This document shows, one piece after another, positions 56,406 to 64,000 of a DNA stretch of 64,000 nt. The notes under the pieces are model-generated. The model searched no databases and was not told where the DNA came from. It worked only from the letters and a program-made list of their open reading frames with translations. Position numbers and translations under genes: made by a program. This stretch comes from Pedosphaera sp. (GTDB lineage: Bacteria > Verrucomicrobiota > Verrucomicrobiia > Limisphaerales > SIBH01), in NCBI GenBank assembly GCA_031414955.1, contig JANOQV010000184.1:96001-160000 (forward strand). The letters run 5' to 3'. The number at the start of each line of letters is the position of its first letter. Positions within the stretch are counted from its first letter, which is position 1.

Positions 56406-57144
56406 GTTTCCCGGCCGGGCGCGCTTTGGGCCTGAGGGTCAGGCCGATGCAGAGGTTCAAGGCGATCGAGCGCAGCCCGAGCGGGAAATGACTGCAATGG
56501 GTCACCTCAAAGTGTTCGCCCAGTTCGCGCAGAATCTCGTGCGGCCGGTTGATGTGCTCGCGCTCGATGAACCAGCGATAGGATTGTTGGTAGCGCTTCT
56601 CAAAAATCCGTTGTGCGGAAATGCGCCGGGCCAGCCCATAGGCGAAACCGCCTTCGCAGGGAATCACCACCGACAGCACGCCGCGCTCCCGGTCGCACAG
56701 CCGGTGCATTTCGCGAATCGACGCCGGGAGATTCGGCAGGTGCTCCAGCACATGCACCGCAATGATGCGGTCGAAGTGGCCGTCCGCGAAATCCAGCCGC
56801 GCCTGGCAGTCGCCCACGCAAGCCTGGACCTGGGGAAAACGTGCGCGGATTTTCTCCGCCATGTTCTCGCGCAGTTCCAGCGCGTGGTAGTTCGACTCCT
56901 GCTCAGGAGAAAGCTTCTCGTAGGGGATGTGTCCGCCGATACCCGCGCCAATCTCCAGCGTGCGGAGGAAATTCTTCGGGGCGTGCTTCACGACATAGCC
57001 GTGATTGAAGTCATCCACGATGCCGTAGCGATTGGGCAGCACCTCGTGCCAGTGGCGCATAAAGTCGTCACTGATCCGCTGCTGCTCGGGCGAGAGCGAC
57101 GGGATGAGCTTCGGCCAGATCGCGGGGCCAGCGAGCGCGCTCAT
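56380..57144 (-). CDS. Class I SAM methyltransferase (type 11)
   Basis: 'LEIGAGIG', 'FDRIIAVHVLEH'; ATGA overlap with the GT2 gene. Confidence 0.88.
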   Translation of the reverse strand: MSALAGPAIWPKLIPSLSPEQQRISDDFMRHWHEVLPNRYGIVDDFNHGYVVKHAPKNFLRTLEIGAGIGGHIPYEKLSPEQESNYHALELRENMAEKIRARFPQVQACVGDCQARLDFADGHFDRIIAVHVLEHLPNLPASIREMHRLCDRERGVLSVVIPCEGGFAYGLARRISAQRIFEKRYQQSYRWFIEREHINRPHEILRELGEHFEVTHCSHFPLGLRSIALNLCIGLTLRPKARPAGKLTEKQTVA

Positions 57145-58133
57145 GCGGCGAAGCGATGGGCGGACAGCGGAGTGACGCGCGAATCGTCGTGCTCGTCGAA
57201 GCCCACCGCCTCGTCGAGGATGAACTTGGGCCGGCACTTCACTTCTTCGTAGATGCGCGCGATGTATTCGCCCAGGATGCCCACGCTGATCAACTGCACG
57301 CCGCCCATGAGCAGGATCAGGATCACGACGGTCGGATTGCCGATGGGGAACGGGAAGCCAAACACCTTCATGACCGCGTAGATGAGGCCCACCAGAAAAC
57401 TGCTGCCGGCGAACACGAAGCCCATTTTGGAACTGAGCGTGAGCAGGTAGCTTGAGAAGCACACGATGCCGTTGAAGCCGATGCGGAAGGAACCGAAGAA
57501 GCGGTTGTAGTTGCCCGCGCCCGAGTGACGCGGCTGCCGGTCAAACTGGATGAGCGTCTGTTTGAAGCCGACCAGCGCGACCAGTCCGCGCAGGAAGCCG
57601 TGACATTCCTTGAGCTTGTTGACCTCGTTGATCACGCGCCGGCTCATGAGCCGGAAGTCCCCGGTGTTCGCGGGAATCTCCGCCTCGGCGATCTTGTTGA
57701 TGAGTTTGTAGCCAAGATACGCCGTGAGCTTCTTCAGCCAATTTTCGCCGGTGCGGGTGCGGCGCTGGGCCATCACCACGTCGAAACCCTCGCGCCACTT
57801 CGCGACCATCTGGAGAATCAGCTCGGGCGGGTCCTGCAAATCCACGTCGATGGCCACCACGGCGTCGCCGCGCGAATACTGGAGTCCGGCCAGCGTGGCC
57901 ATGGGCTGGCCGATGCGGCGGGAAAACTTGAGCAGCTTGATGCGCGGATCGCGGTCGCGGTGCTCCAGGATGACGCGCTCCGTGGCATCGGGCGACGGGT
58001 CCATGGAGAAGATGATTTCAAAGTCCAGACCCGTGCGTTCGAGGATGGGCGTGATGCGCTCGAGAAACAGGGGGATGTTCCCCTCTTCCTTGAAGACCGG
58101 CACGACGACCGAGAGTAATTCTGCGCGTTTCAT
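57141..58133 (-). CDS. GT2 polyprenol-phosphate glycosyltransferase (GtrB-like)
   Basis: 'SVVVPVFKEE', 'DVDLQDPPE', 'TGDFRLMSR', two C-terminal TMs, 'GEYIARIY'. Confidence 0.92.
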   Translation of the reverse strand: MKRAELLSVVVPVFKEEGNIPLFLERITPILERTGLDFEIIFSMDPSPDATERVILEHRDRDPRIKLLKFSRRIGQPMATLAGLQYSRGDAVVAIDVDLQDPPELILQMVAKWREGFDVVMAQRRTRTGENWLKKLTAYLGYKLINKIAEAEIPANTGDFRLMSRRVINEVNKLKECHGFLRGLVALVGFKQTLIQFDRQPRHSGAGNYNRFFGSFRIGFNGIVCFSSYLLTLSSKMGFVFAGSSFLVGLIYAVMKVFGFPFPIGNPTVVILILLMGGVQLISVGILGEYIARIYEEVKCRPKFILDEAVGFDEHDDSRVTPLSAHRFAA

Positions 58134-58396
58134 ATTGATGTGGGGTTCGTCGGAGCGGGCGGCTGCTACGAACGCACAGAAGGATCATCGGAACCCGGCT
58201 CGGGAAACTTGAAGGTGCGCCGGGCCTCCCGGCGGCTGTGCGTGGAACCTGCCCACCTTTCATCTTGCCGCCCGCTCGTGCCACCGCCTACGGTCGCCCC
58301 AACCCAGAGCTAAACTCAGTAGTGCCCATGACAACATTGCTGTACCAAAGTGGTTTCGTGACGATGCCGTTACGCTGATTTTCCCCGCGCCTTCCC

Positions 58397-60352
58397 ATGT
58401 CGCTGGAATGGTCAGTCGCAGCCTTGCTGCTGGCGGTCGCCTTGTGGCCGCTGGCCCGGAGCACGCGTTCCCTCGGAACGCGGGTCGCCCTGTTGTTGCT
58501 GGTTCTGGGCCTGGTGCTGGGCGGCTTCGTCTGGAAATCGCGCGCTCAGGCCCGGCTTAATGCGCGCCAGCAGCTCCGGCAAAAACTTCCGGCGGAGCAA
58601 CGCCCCGGCGGCTTTGTCCGTTCGGATGCCTGTCGCTCCTGCCACCCGCAGCAATACGAGTCCTGGCATCAGAGCTATCACCGCACCATGACTCAGCGGG
58701 CCACGCCGGAATCGGTGCGCGGGCCGTTCACCAACGTCACCCTGACGCTGGCCGGCGAAGTCTTTCACCTCTCACGACGGGGCGACGAATTCTTCGTCGA
58801 GATGGTGGACCCGGATTGGACTTATGTGCGTGCGCTCGCACGGCAGGCCTTCCAGCGCGGCACCGGTCCCGAACCGCCGCCCGTCCCGAATCCGCCGCGG
58901 GTGGAGAAGCGCCTCACGCTCACCACGGGTTCGCACCACATGCAGGCCTACTGGGTGGCGGGCGAGCATGGCAACCATCAGTTCAGCTTCCCGTTCACTT
59001 TCCTCTTCGAGGAGAACCGCTGGGTGCCGCGCAACGACGTCTTCATGCTGCCGCCCGACAAACCCGTGCTCCAGCAGGTCTGGAATCACAACTGCATCGG
59101 CTGCCATGCCACGGCTGGACAACCGCAGACCGATCCCCGCGATCACGTTCCGCGCACGCGCGTGGCCGAATACGGCATTGCCTGCGAATCCTGCCACGGT
59201 CCCGGTGAGGAACACATCCGCGCCAACAGCGCACCGCTCCGCCGCTACGCCCTGCATCGCGGCACCAACGCCGATCCCACCATCGTCAACCCCGCCCGCG
59301 TCTCCTCGAAGAAGTCCGCCGAGATTTGCGGCCAGTGTCACGCGGCGCGCTACAACGTGAACCACGCGGAGTGGATGATGGAGGGCTTCGATTATTGGCA
59401 CCGCTCGGACCTCACCAACGCGCGCCCCTTGCTGCCGGGCAAGGATTTGCTTCGCCTCACTGACCGGTCGGATCCGGCCGAAGCCGCCGCCCGGCGCTCG
59501 CTCAGCGGTTACTTCTGGCCCGACGGAATGATCCGCGTCTCGGGCCGCGAATACAACGGCCTGGCCGACACTCCGTGCTTTCAACGCGGCAACATGTCCT
59601 GCCTCTCCTGCCACTCGATGCACCAGATGGCCTCCCCCGACGATCAGCTGGCCCGCGGCATGGAAGGCAACCGCGCCTGCTACCAGTGCCACGGCGACTT
59701 CGAGCGGAAGCTCACCCAGCACACCCGGCACGCCGCGAATTCTTCGGGCAGCCTTTGCTACAACTGCCACATGCCGCACACTACCTACGGCTTGTTGAAA
59801 GGCATCCGCTCGCACCAGATCACTTCGCCCAGCGTGCAAAGCTCCCTCGACACGGGCCGGCCCAACGCCTGCAACCTTTGCCATCTTGACCGCTCGCTCC
59901 CTTGGACCGCGAAGAGCCTGAACCAATGGTATCAACAACCCACCCCAACCATGGAGGCCGACTTCGCCGCCGGTCCCGCCTCGGCGGTGTGGCTCCTGCG
60001 AGGCGATGCCGGCCAGCGCGCGATCATCGCCTGGCACATGGGCTGGGAGCCGGCCCGCCAGGCCTCCGGCACGAACTGGCTCGTGCCCTACCTCGCCGAG
60101 ACACTCGACGATCCCTACAGCGTGGTGCGCTACATCGGGCACCGTTCGCTCCAGACCATTCCGGGCCGGAAGAAAATTCCCTACGACTACATCGCTCCGG
60201 CCGACCAGCGTGTCTGGATCAAGAGTGAATTGCTCCAGGACTGGGACGCGGCCAGGCTCCCGGCCGAGGAACGGGCCAAAGTGCTTTCACCCCAACAAAT
60301 CTCACGACTGCTGCAACGCCGCGATCATCGCCCCATGGAATTGCTTGAATGA
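58397..60352 (+). CDS. Membrane-anchored multiheme cytochrome c (8 CxxCH)
   Basis: CRSCH, CIGCH, CESCH, CGQCH, CLSCH, CYQCH, CYNCH, CNLCH; two N-terminal hydrophobic helices. Confidence 0.9.
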   Translation: MSLEWSVAALLLAVALWPLARSTRSLGTRVALLLLVLGLVLGGFVWKSRAQARLNARQQLRQKLPAEQRPGGFVRSDACRSCHPQQYESWHQSYHRTMTQRATPESVRGPFTNVTLTLAGEVFHLSRRGDEFFVEMVDPDWTYVRALARQAFQRGTGPEPPPVPNPPRVEKRLTLTTGSHHMQAYWVAGEHGNHQFSFPFTFLFEENRWVPRNDVFMLPPDKPVLQQVWNHNCIGCHATAGQPQTDPRDHVPRTRVAEYGIACESCHGPGEEHIRANSAPLRRYALHRGTNADPTIVNPARVSSKKSAEICGQCHAARYNVNHAEWMMEGFDYWHRSDLTNARPLLPGKDLLRLTDRSDPAEAAARRSLSGYFWPDGMIRVSGREYNGLADTPCFQRGNMSCLSCHSMHQMASPDDQLARGMEGNRACYQCHGDFERKLTQHTRHAANSSGSLCYNCHMPHTTYGLLKGIRSHQITSPSVQSSLDTGRPNACNLCHLDRSLPWTAKSLNQWYQQPTPTMEADFAAGPASAVWLLRGDAGQRAIIAWHMGWEPARQASGTNWLVPYLAETLDDPYSVVRYIGHRSLQTIPGRKKIPYDYIAPADQRVWIKSELLQDWDAARLPAEERAKVLSPQQISRLLQRRDHRPMELLE

Positions 60353-60861
60353 ATCCCACTCCCGAAAAAGCCGCCCGCCCCGACTCCACCGCCCTCGTGG
60401 TGCGCCGCCATTTGCGCTGGGGCTGGTTCACGCTGCTGGTGTTTCTCACCCTGGGCCTCGGGCTGGAGACGTTGCACGGCTTCAAGGTCCAGGCCTACCT
60501 CAACGTGGGGAACGAAACGCGCCGCCTGATGTGGACCCTGGCCCACGCGCACGGAGCTTTGCTCGGGCTTATGCACCTTGGCTTCGCCTTTAGTGTCCAA
60601 TGCACTCCGGCCTGGACCTCGCGTTCCCGCACGGTGGCCTCGTGCTCGCTCGCGGGCGCGAGCCTGCTCCTGCCGGGCGGTTTTTTCCTCGGCGGAATCT
60701 GGGTTTACGCGGGCGATCCGGGGCTGGGCATCCTGCTCGTGCCGGTCGGCGGCATCCTGCTCTTCGCCGCCGTGCTCTGCACCGCCCTGAGCTTGAAACA
60801 TTTTCAACCGGCGTCTCGCCCGGAGCGTAATCCCCAGCCGCCAGGGCCAAGGTCGAAATAG
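60349..60861 (+). CDS. 4-TM membrane protein coupled to the cytochrome gene
   Basis: ATGA overlap; 'LAHAHG' motif; four hydrophobic segments. Confidence 0.75.
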   Translation: MNPTPEKAARPDSTALVVRRHLRWGWFTLLVFLTLGLGLETLHGFKVQAYLNVGNETRRLMWTLAHAHGALLGLMHLGFAFSVQCTPAWTSRSRTVASCSLAGASLLLPGGFFLGGIWVYAGDPGLGILLVPVGGILLFAAVLCTALSLKHFQPASRPERNPQPPGPRSK

Positions 60862-60876
60862 GTCTGCTCAGGCCTG

Positions 60877-61054
60877 AGAGCCGGTCTGAAAAGTCGCCTG
60901 GAGGCAAAGGTCGCCGGTCCCGGAGTGCGCCCGTCCTCGGGCGCAGCAACGTGCGAAAGTCTGGGGAGGTGGGGTTTTCCAACGCGCCCGGCGTCAGCGC
61001 ACTGCTGCGGCCGAGGACGGGCGCACTCCGCCAGCGAGTTTTCAGACCGGCTCT
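60877..61054. mobile_element. MITE-like element with perfect 16-bp TIRs and a nested REP-like pair (60922-60948/61003-61029)
   Basis: AGAGCCGGTCTGAAAA / TTTTCAGACCGGCTCT. Confidence 0.8.
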
Positions 61055-61108
61055 GAGCCTGTCGGCCGAGACTTGGCGCGCGGGCCGGAGGCTGCTATTC
61101 CTCCGCCG

Positions 61109-62200
61109 ATGCGATTGCCAACGTCCTCGTGGCTCCGCCGGGCCGCCGCGCTTTTCTTCGGCAGCCTGGTGCTGGTCGCGCACGCCCACCAACCGGGGTT
61201 GAGCACCGTGCGCATCGATCTCTCATCCAACCAGCTCACCGCCCAGTTGATCCTGGCCTGGCTGGAGCTGGACGCACTGTCCCCGCTGGATACCAACCAG
61301 GATCGAGCCTTGAGCCTGGCGGAGTTCCAGGCGGCCCAGCCCAGGCTCGCGCGGATCGCCGAGTCCGCCCTGGAGTTGCTCGCGGACGGACGGATGCTCG
61401 CCTTGCGCAAACCGCCCGAGGCCCGACTCGACGACGTCACCGGCATCCGGCTGGATTTGGTGTATGAATTCCCCGCCACGCGCGTGCTCACGATCACCTC
61501 CGAGCTGGTCGCGGAATTACCGCCAGGGCACCGGCAGATCCTGACCGTCCGCGACGCCGGCCCGCGCGAACTGCACACCACCGTGCTCGAGCGCGCGCAG
61601 CCGACGGTGGACCTGCCGCTCTTCGCCCTCCAGGCTGGTCCGCCAGATCGGTGGGCCGCCGTCCGGCAATTCCTCTGGTTGGGGGTGGAGCACATCGTCA
61701 CGGGCTGGGATCATCTGGCCTTTCTGTTCGGACTGCTGCTGGTGGGGGGCAAGCTGCGGGACGCGGTGAAGATCATCACTTCGTTCACGCTCGCACATTC
61801 ACTGACGCTGGTGATGGCCACCTTGAACGTCATCAACATTCCTTCGCGCGTCGTCGAACCGATCATCGCGGCCTCGATCATTTACGTCGGCTTCGAGAAC
61901 ATGCTTCGCGACAACTTCAGCAAACGCTGGATGCTGACCTTCGCCTTCGGATTGATTCACGGCTGCGGCTTCGCCTCGATCCTGCGGGAGATGGGGATAG
62001 GCGCGGAGGGCACGAGCGTGGTGACGCCGCTGATCTGTTTCAACCTCGGGGTGGAACTGGGGCAACTTGCCTTCGCAGCCATCATGCTGCCGCTGATTTG
62101 GAAATTGAAACCCGCCTTTCCGAAGCGCTGGATTCCGGTGGCCTCGGTCGGGATCATCATGGTCGGAAGTTACTTCCTGGTGCAGCACGTCTGGATTTGA
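61109..62200 (+). CDS. HupE/UreJ-family protein with N-terminal extracytoplasmic domain
   Basis: 'AHAH', 'GVEHIVTGWDHLAFL', 'FTLAHSLTL', 'FGLIHG', 'FNLGVELGQ'. Confidence 0.88.
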   Translation: MRLPTSSWLRRAAALFFGSLVLVAHAHQPGLSTVRIDLSSNQLTAQLILAWLELDALSPLDTNQDRALSLAEFQAAQPRLARIAESALELLADGRMLALRKPPEARLDDVTGIRLDLVYEFPATRVLTITSELVAELPPGHRQILTVRDAGPRELHTTVLERAQPTVDLPLFALQAGPPDRWAAVRQFLWLGVEHIVTGWDHLAFLFGLLLVGGKLRDAVKIITSFTLAHSLTLVMATLNVINIPSRVVEPIIAASIIYVGFENMLRDNFSKRWMLTFAFGLIHGCGFASILREMGIGAEGTSVVTPLICFNLGVELGQLAFAAIMLPLIWKLKPAFPKRWIPVASVGIIMVGSYFLVQHVWI

Positions 62201-62236
62201 GGCTCACCCGGCGGCGTCCTGGCTGAACTCCGCCCA

Positions 62237-62662
62237 TCAAAGCCGCTTCTCGTCCGCGTCGATAAAATCGACGAAGTTTTTCAAATCATCGCGGTGGCCC
62301 AGGCCGGCCGCTTCCTTGCGTTGCTGCAAACGGTCGAGCGCGGGCTGATCGTCAGACTTGGGATAGTTGAGCATGCCCTCGGCATGGGCGCGCTTCTCGG
62401 CCTCGCTCCTCTTCACGTTCGCCCGCACCCAGTCGCATACTTCGCCGTCGGTAACGGAGTTTTTCACCACTTCCACCATCTGCTCGTGCGTGATTCCAGC
62501 CGTCTGGCACCAGCGTCCGTCGAAGCCTTGGCCGAGATTCGGTTGATAATCAGGGTGCAGCTTGCCGGCGAGGTGAAGTCGGATTTTGTCGAGGTAACGG
62601 GGCAGGTGCATCCAGCCGCACATGTTTTCGCGCGGGCTGCGGGGATAGATCAGAGTGCTCAC
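62237..62662 (-). CDS. DUF5069-like protein
   Basis: 'PRSPRE...LPRYLDKIR...GKL', C-terminal 'IDADE'. Confidence 0.78.
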   Translation of the reverse strand: MSTLIYPRSPRENMCGWMHLPRYLDKIRLHLAGKLHPDYQPNLGQGFDGRWCQTAGITHEQMVEVVKNSVTDGEVCDWVRANVKRSEAEKRAHAEGMLNYPKSDDQPALDRLQQRKEAAGLGHRDDLKNFVDFIDADEKRL

Positions 62663-62925
62663 GGGGCGAAGTGTTTAGGGCGGAGTCGGGGGTGTCAACC
62701 TCGTGGCCAGACGGCCGATGCCCGGTCCTACTGCTGTCGATGTTTGCGCACTCCGACCAGAATAGAACGTCGGCCGGTTCCGGAAACCCAGCCTTTCGAG
62801 GGCCGCAGTTTCCATTTCCAGCCCGCATTTTTCACATCCGCAGGCCGTGTTTGAAGCCCTCCCCTCCAGCCATGAATGGAATTGATGGGTCGCCAACAAA
62901 TGACTCAAACCCGCCCAGCGGACGC

Positions 62926-62941
62926 TGGCACCGGCACTGCT
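62926..62941 (+). promoter_or_regulatory. Candidate sigma-54 (-24/-12) promoter
   Basis: TGGCACCGGCACTGCT, GG-N10-GC spacing, ending 17 nt before ATG 62959. Confidence 0.55.
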
Positions 62942-62958
62942 AAGGCGTGGCGACGAAC

Positions 62959-64000
62959 ATGAGTTTAGGAACTGCCATTCCGTTTGTGCCGCCCTCGGCG
63001 CCGTTCAGCGCGCCCCAGCGCGCGTGGCTCAACGGCTACCTCGCCGGCCGCTGGTCGTTTGCTGAGACGCACGGCGAGACCACGGAAGCGGCCGCGCCCG
63101 TCCTGGCGATGAAGTCGTTGCTGATTCTTTTTGGCAGCCAGACGGGCACGGCGGAAGGACTGGCGAAGCAGCTTGCCAAAAATTCCTTCCAACACGGTTT
63201 CTCGCCGCGCACGGCCGAGGCGAATTCATGCACCATCGCCGAACTCGCCGCCGCCGAGCGGCTGCTCCTCATCACCAGCACCTGGGGGGAAGGCGATCCG
63301 CCGGACAATGCCACGCAGTTGTGGGCGACTTTGAACGCGCCGGATGCGCCCAAGCTGACCGGCCTGTCCTTCTCGGTGTTGGCGCTGGGCGATAAGAACT
63401 ACTCCGAATTCTGCGGTGCGGGCAAAAAGTTTGACGCGCGTCTGGAGCAACTCGGCGCCAGGCGGATTCATCCACGCGTCGATTGCGATCTGGATTACGA
63501 GGCGGCGGCAAAGGATTGGAGCGCAGCCGCGCTGGCGAAGTTTGAGGAAGTAAACAGTGAGACAGTCATCAGTAATCCGTCACGCCCCGCCCTCCCGACT
63601 GGAGCATCGGCCACGGACTCACTGATTACTGATTCACTGATCACACTTCCCTTCTCCCGAACGAACCCCTTCCCCGCCCGGCTGCTGACCAATCGCGTCC
63701 TCACGGGCGAAGGGTCGTCCAAGGAGACGCGCCACTTTGAGATTTCGCTCGAAGGTGCCGATTTGAACTACGAAGCCGGCGATGCCCTGGGCGTGTTCCC
63801 CACGAACTGCCCGGCCTTGGTCAGTGACTTGGTGGCGGCGCTGGGTTGCGATGGCGAGGAAGCGGTCAAGGCGCCGGATGGCCGCGAGACTTCGCTGCGC
63901 CACGCGCTGCTGCGGCATTACCAGGTCACGCAGCCGCCGACATCGCTGCTGGCCGCGGTTGGCGAACGCGCCCAGAGCGCCGACCTGAAACATTTGCTCG
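62959..64000 (+). CDS. Sulfite reductase flavoprotein alpha-subunit-like diflavin protein (CysJ-like), 3'-truncated; absent from the ORF track
   Basis: Hand translation: 'QRAWLNGYLAG', 'FGSQTGTAE', 'TSTWGEGDPPDNA', 'LALGDKNY', 'KETRHFEISL', 'YEAGDALGV'. Confidence 0.9.
   Translation, partial: MSLGTAIPFVPPSAPFSAPQRAWLNGYLAGRWSFAETHGETTEAAAPVLAMKSLLILFGSQTGTAEGLAKQLAKNSFQHGFSPRTAEANSCTIAELAAAERLLLITSTWGEGDPPDNATQLWATLNAPDAPKLTGLSFSVLALGDKNYSEFCGAGKKFDARLEQLGARRIHPRVDCDLDYEAAAKDWSAAALAKFEEVNSETVISNPSRPALPTGASATDSLITDSLITLPFSRTNPFPARLLTNRVLTGEGSSKETRHFEISLEGADLNYEAGDALGVFPTNCPALVSDLVAALGCDGEEAVKAPDGRETSLRHALLRHYQVTQPPTSLLAAVGERAQSADLKHLL
63548..63648. repeat. AATCAGT-type hairpin inserted in-frame in the flavodoxin-FAD linker
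   Basis: AAGTAAACAGTGAGACAGTCATCAGTAATCCGT versus ACGGACTCACTGATTACTGATTCACTGATCACACTT; resembles 21557-21641. Confidence 0.75.

Overview
GC-rich bacterial DNA, most consistent with a Verrucomicrobiota (Pedosphaerales/Limisphaerales-like) genome; this is inferred from gene content. Main blocks: (1) 1-11.2 kb mixed genes: partial secreted beta-helix protein, Tat amidohydrolase, ECF sigma, dipeptide epimerase, DUF819-like protein, bioA, a two-component pair and a PocR-AraC regulator. (2) 11.5-25.6 kb a Planctomycete/Verrucomicrobia-type (PVM) bacterial microcompartment locus: DeoR, PduL, 3 BMC-H, acetate kinase, 3 BMC-P, aldehyde dehydrogenase, class II aldolase, LDH/MDH and an aldolase-like protein. 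Six passenger genes interrupt it at five junctions (GxxExxY, a PIN toxin-antitoxin pair, methyltransferase, WD40, Bro-N). (3) 25.6-36.7 kb housekeeping, secretion and signalling genes. (4) 36.9-49.6 kb a MoxR/DUF58/VWA (Bat-like) operon interrupted by a RAYT-like transposase, four ~117-bp REPIN-like units, an AT-richer gene and a 120-bp duplicate of the DUF58 5' end. (5) 49.7-64 kb SDR, ECF sigma, glycosylation cluster, octaheme cytochrome, HupE/UreJ, DUF5069-like protein and a partial CysJ-like flavoprotein. The most striking unexplained pattern is a set of unrelated palindromic elements (7-, 8- and 9-mer repeat hairpins and REP-like hairpins). At operon junctions most are spanned by mini-ORFs whose start overlaps or abuts the upstream stop and whose stop overlaps or abuts the downstream start; elsewhere they sit in-frame inside proteins. 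All family assignments come from motif recognition by eye, not database searches.
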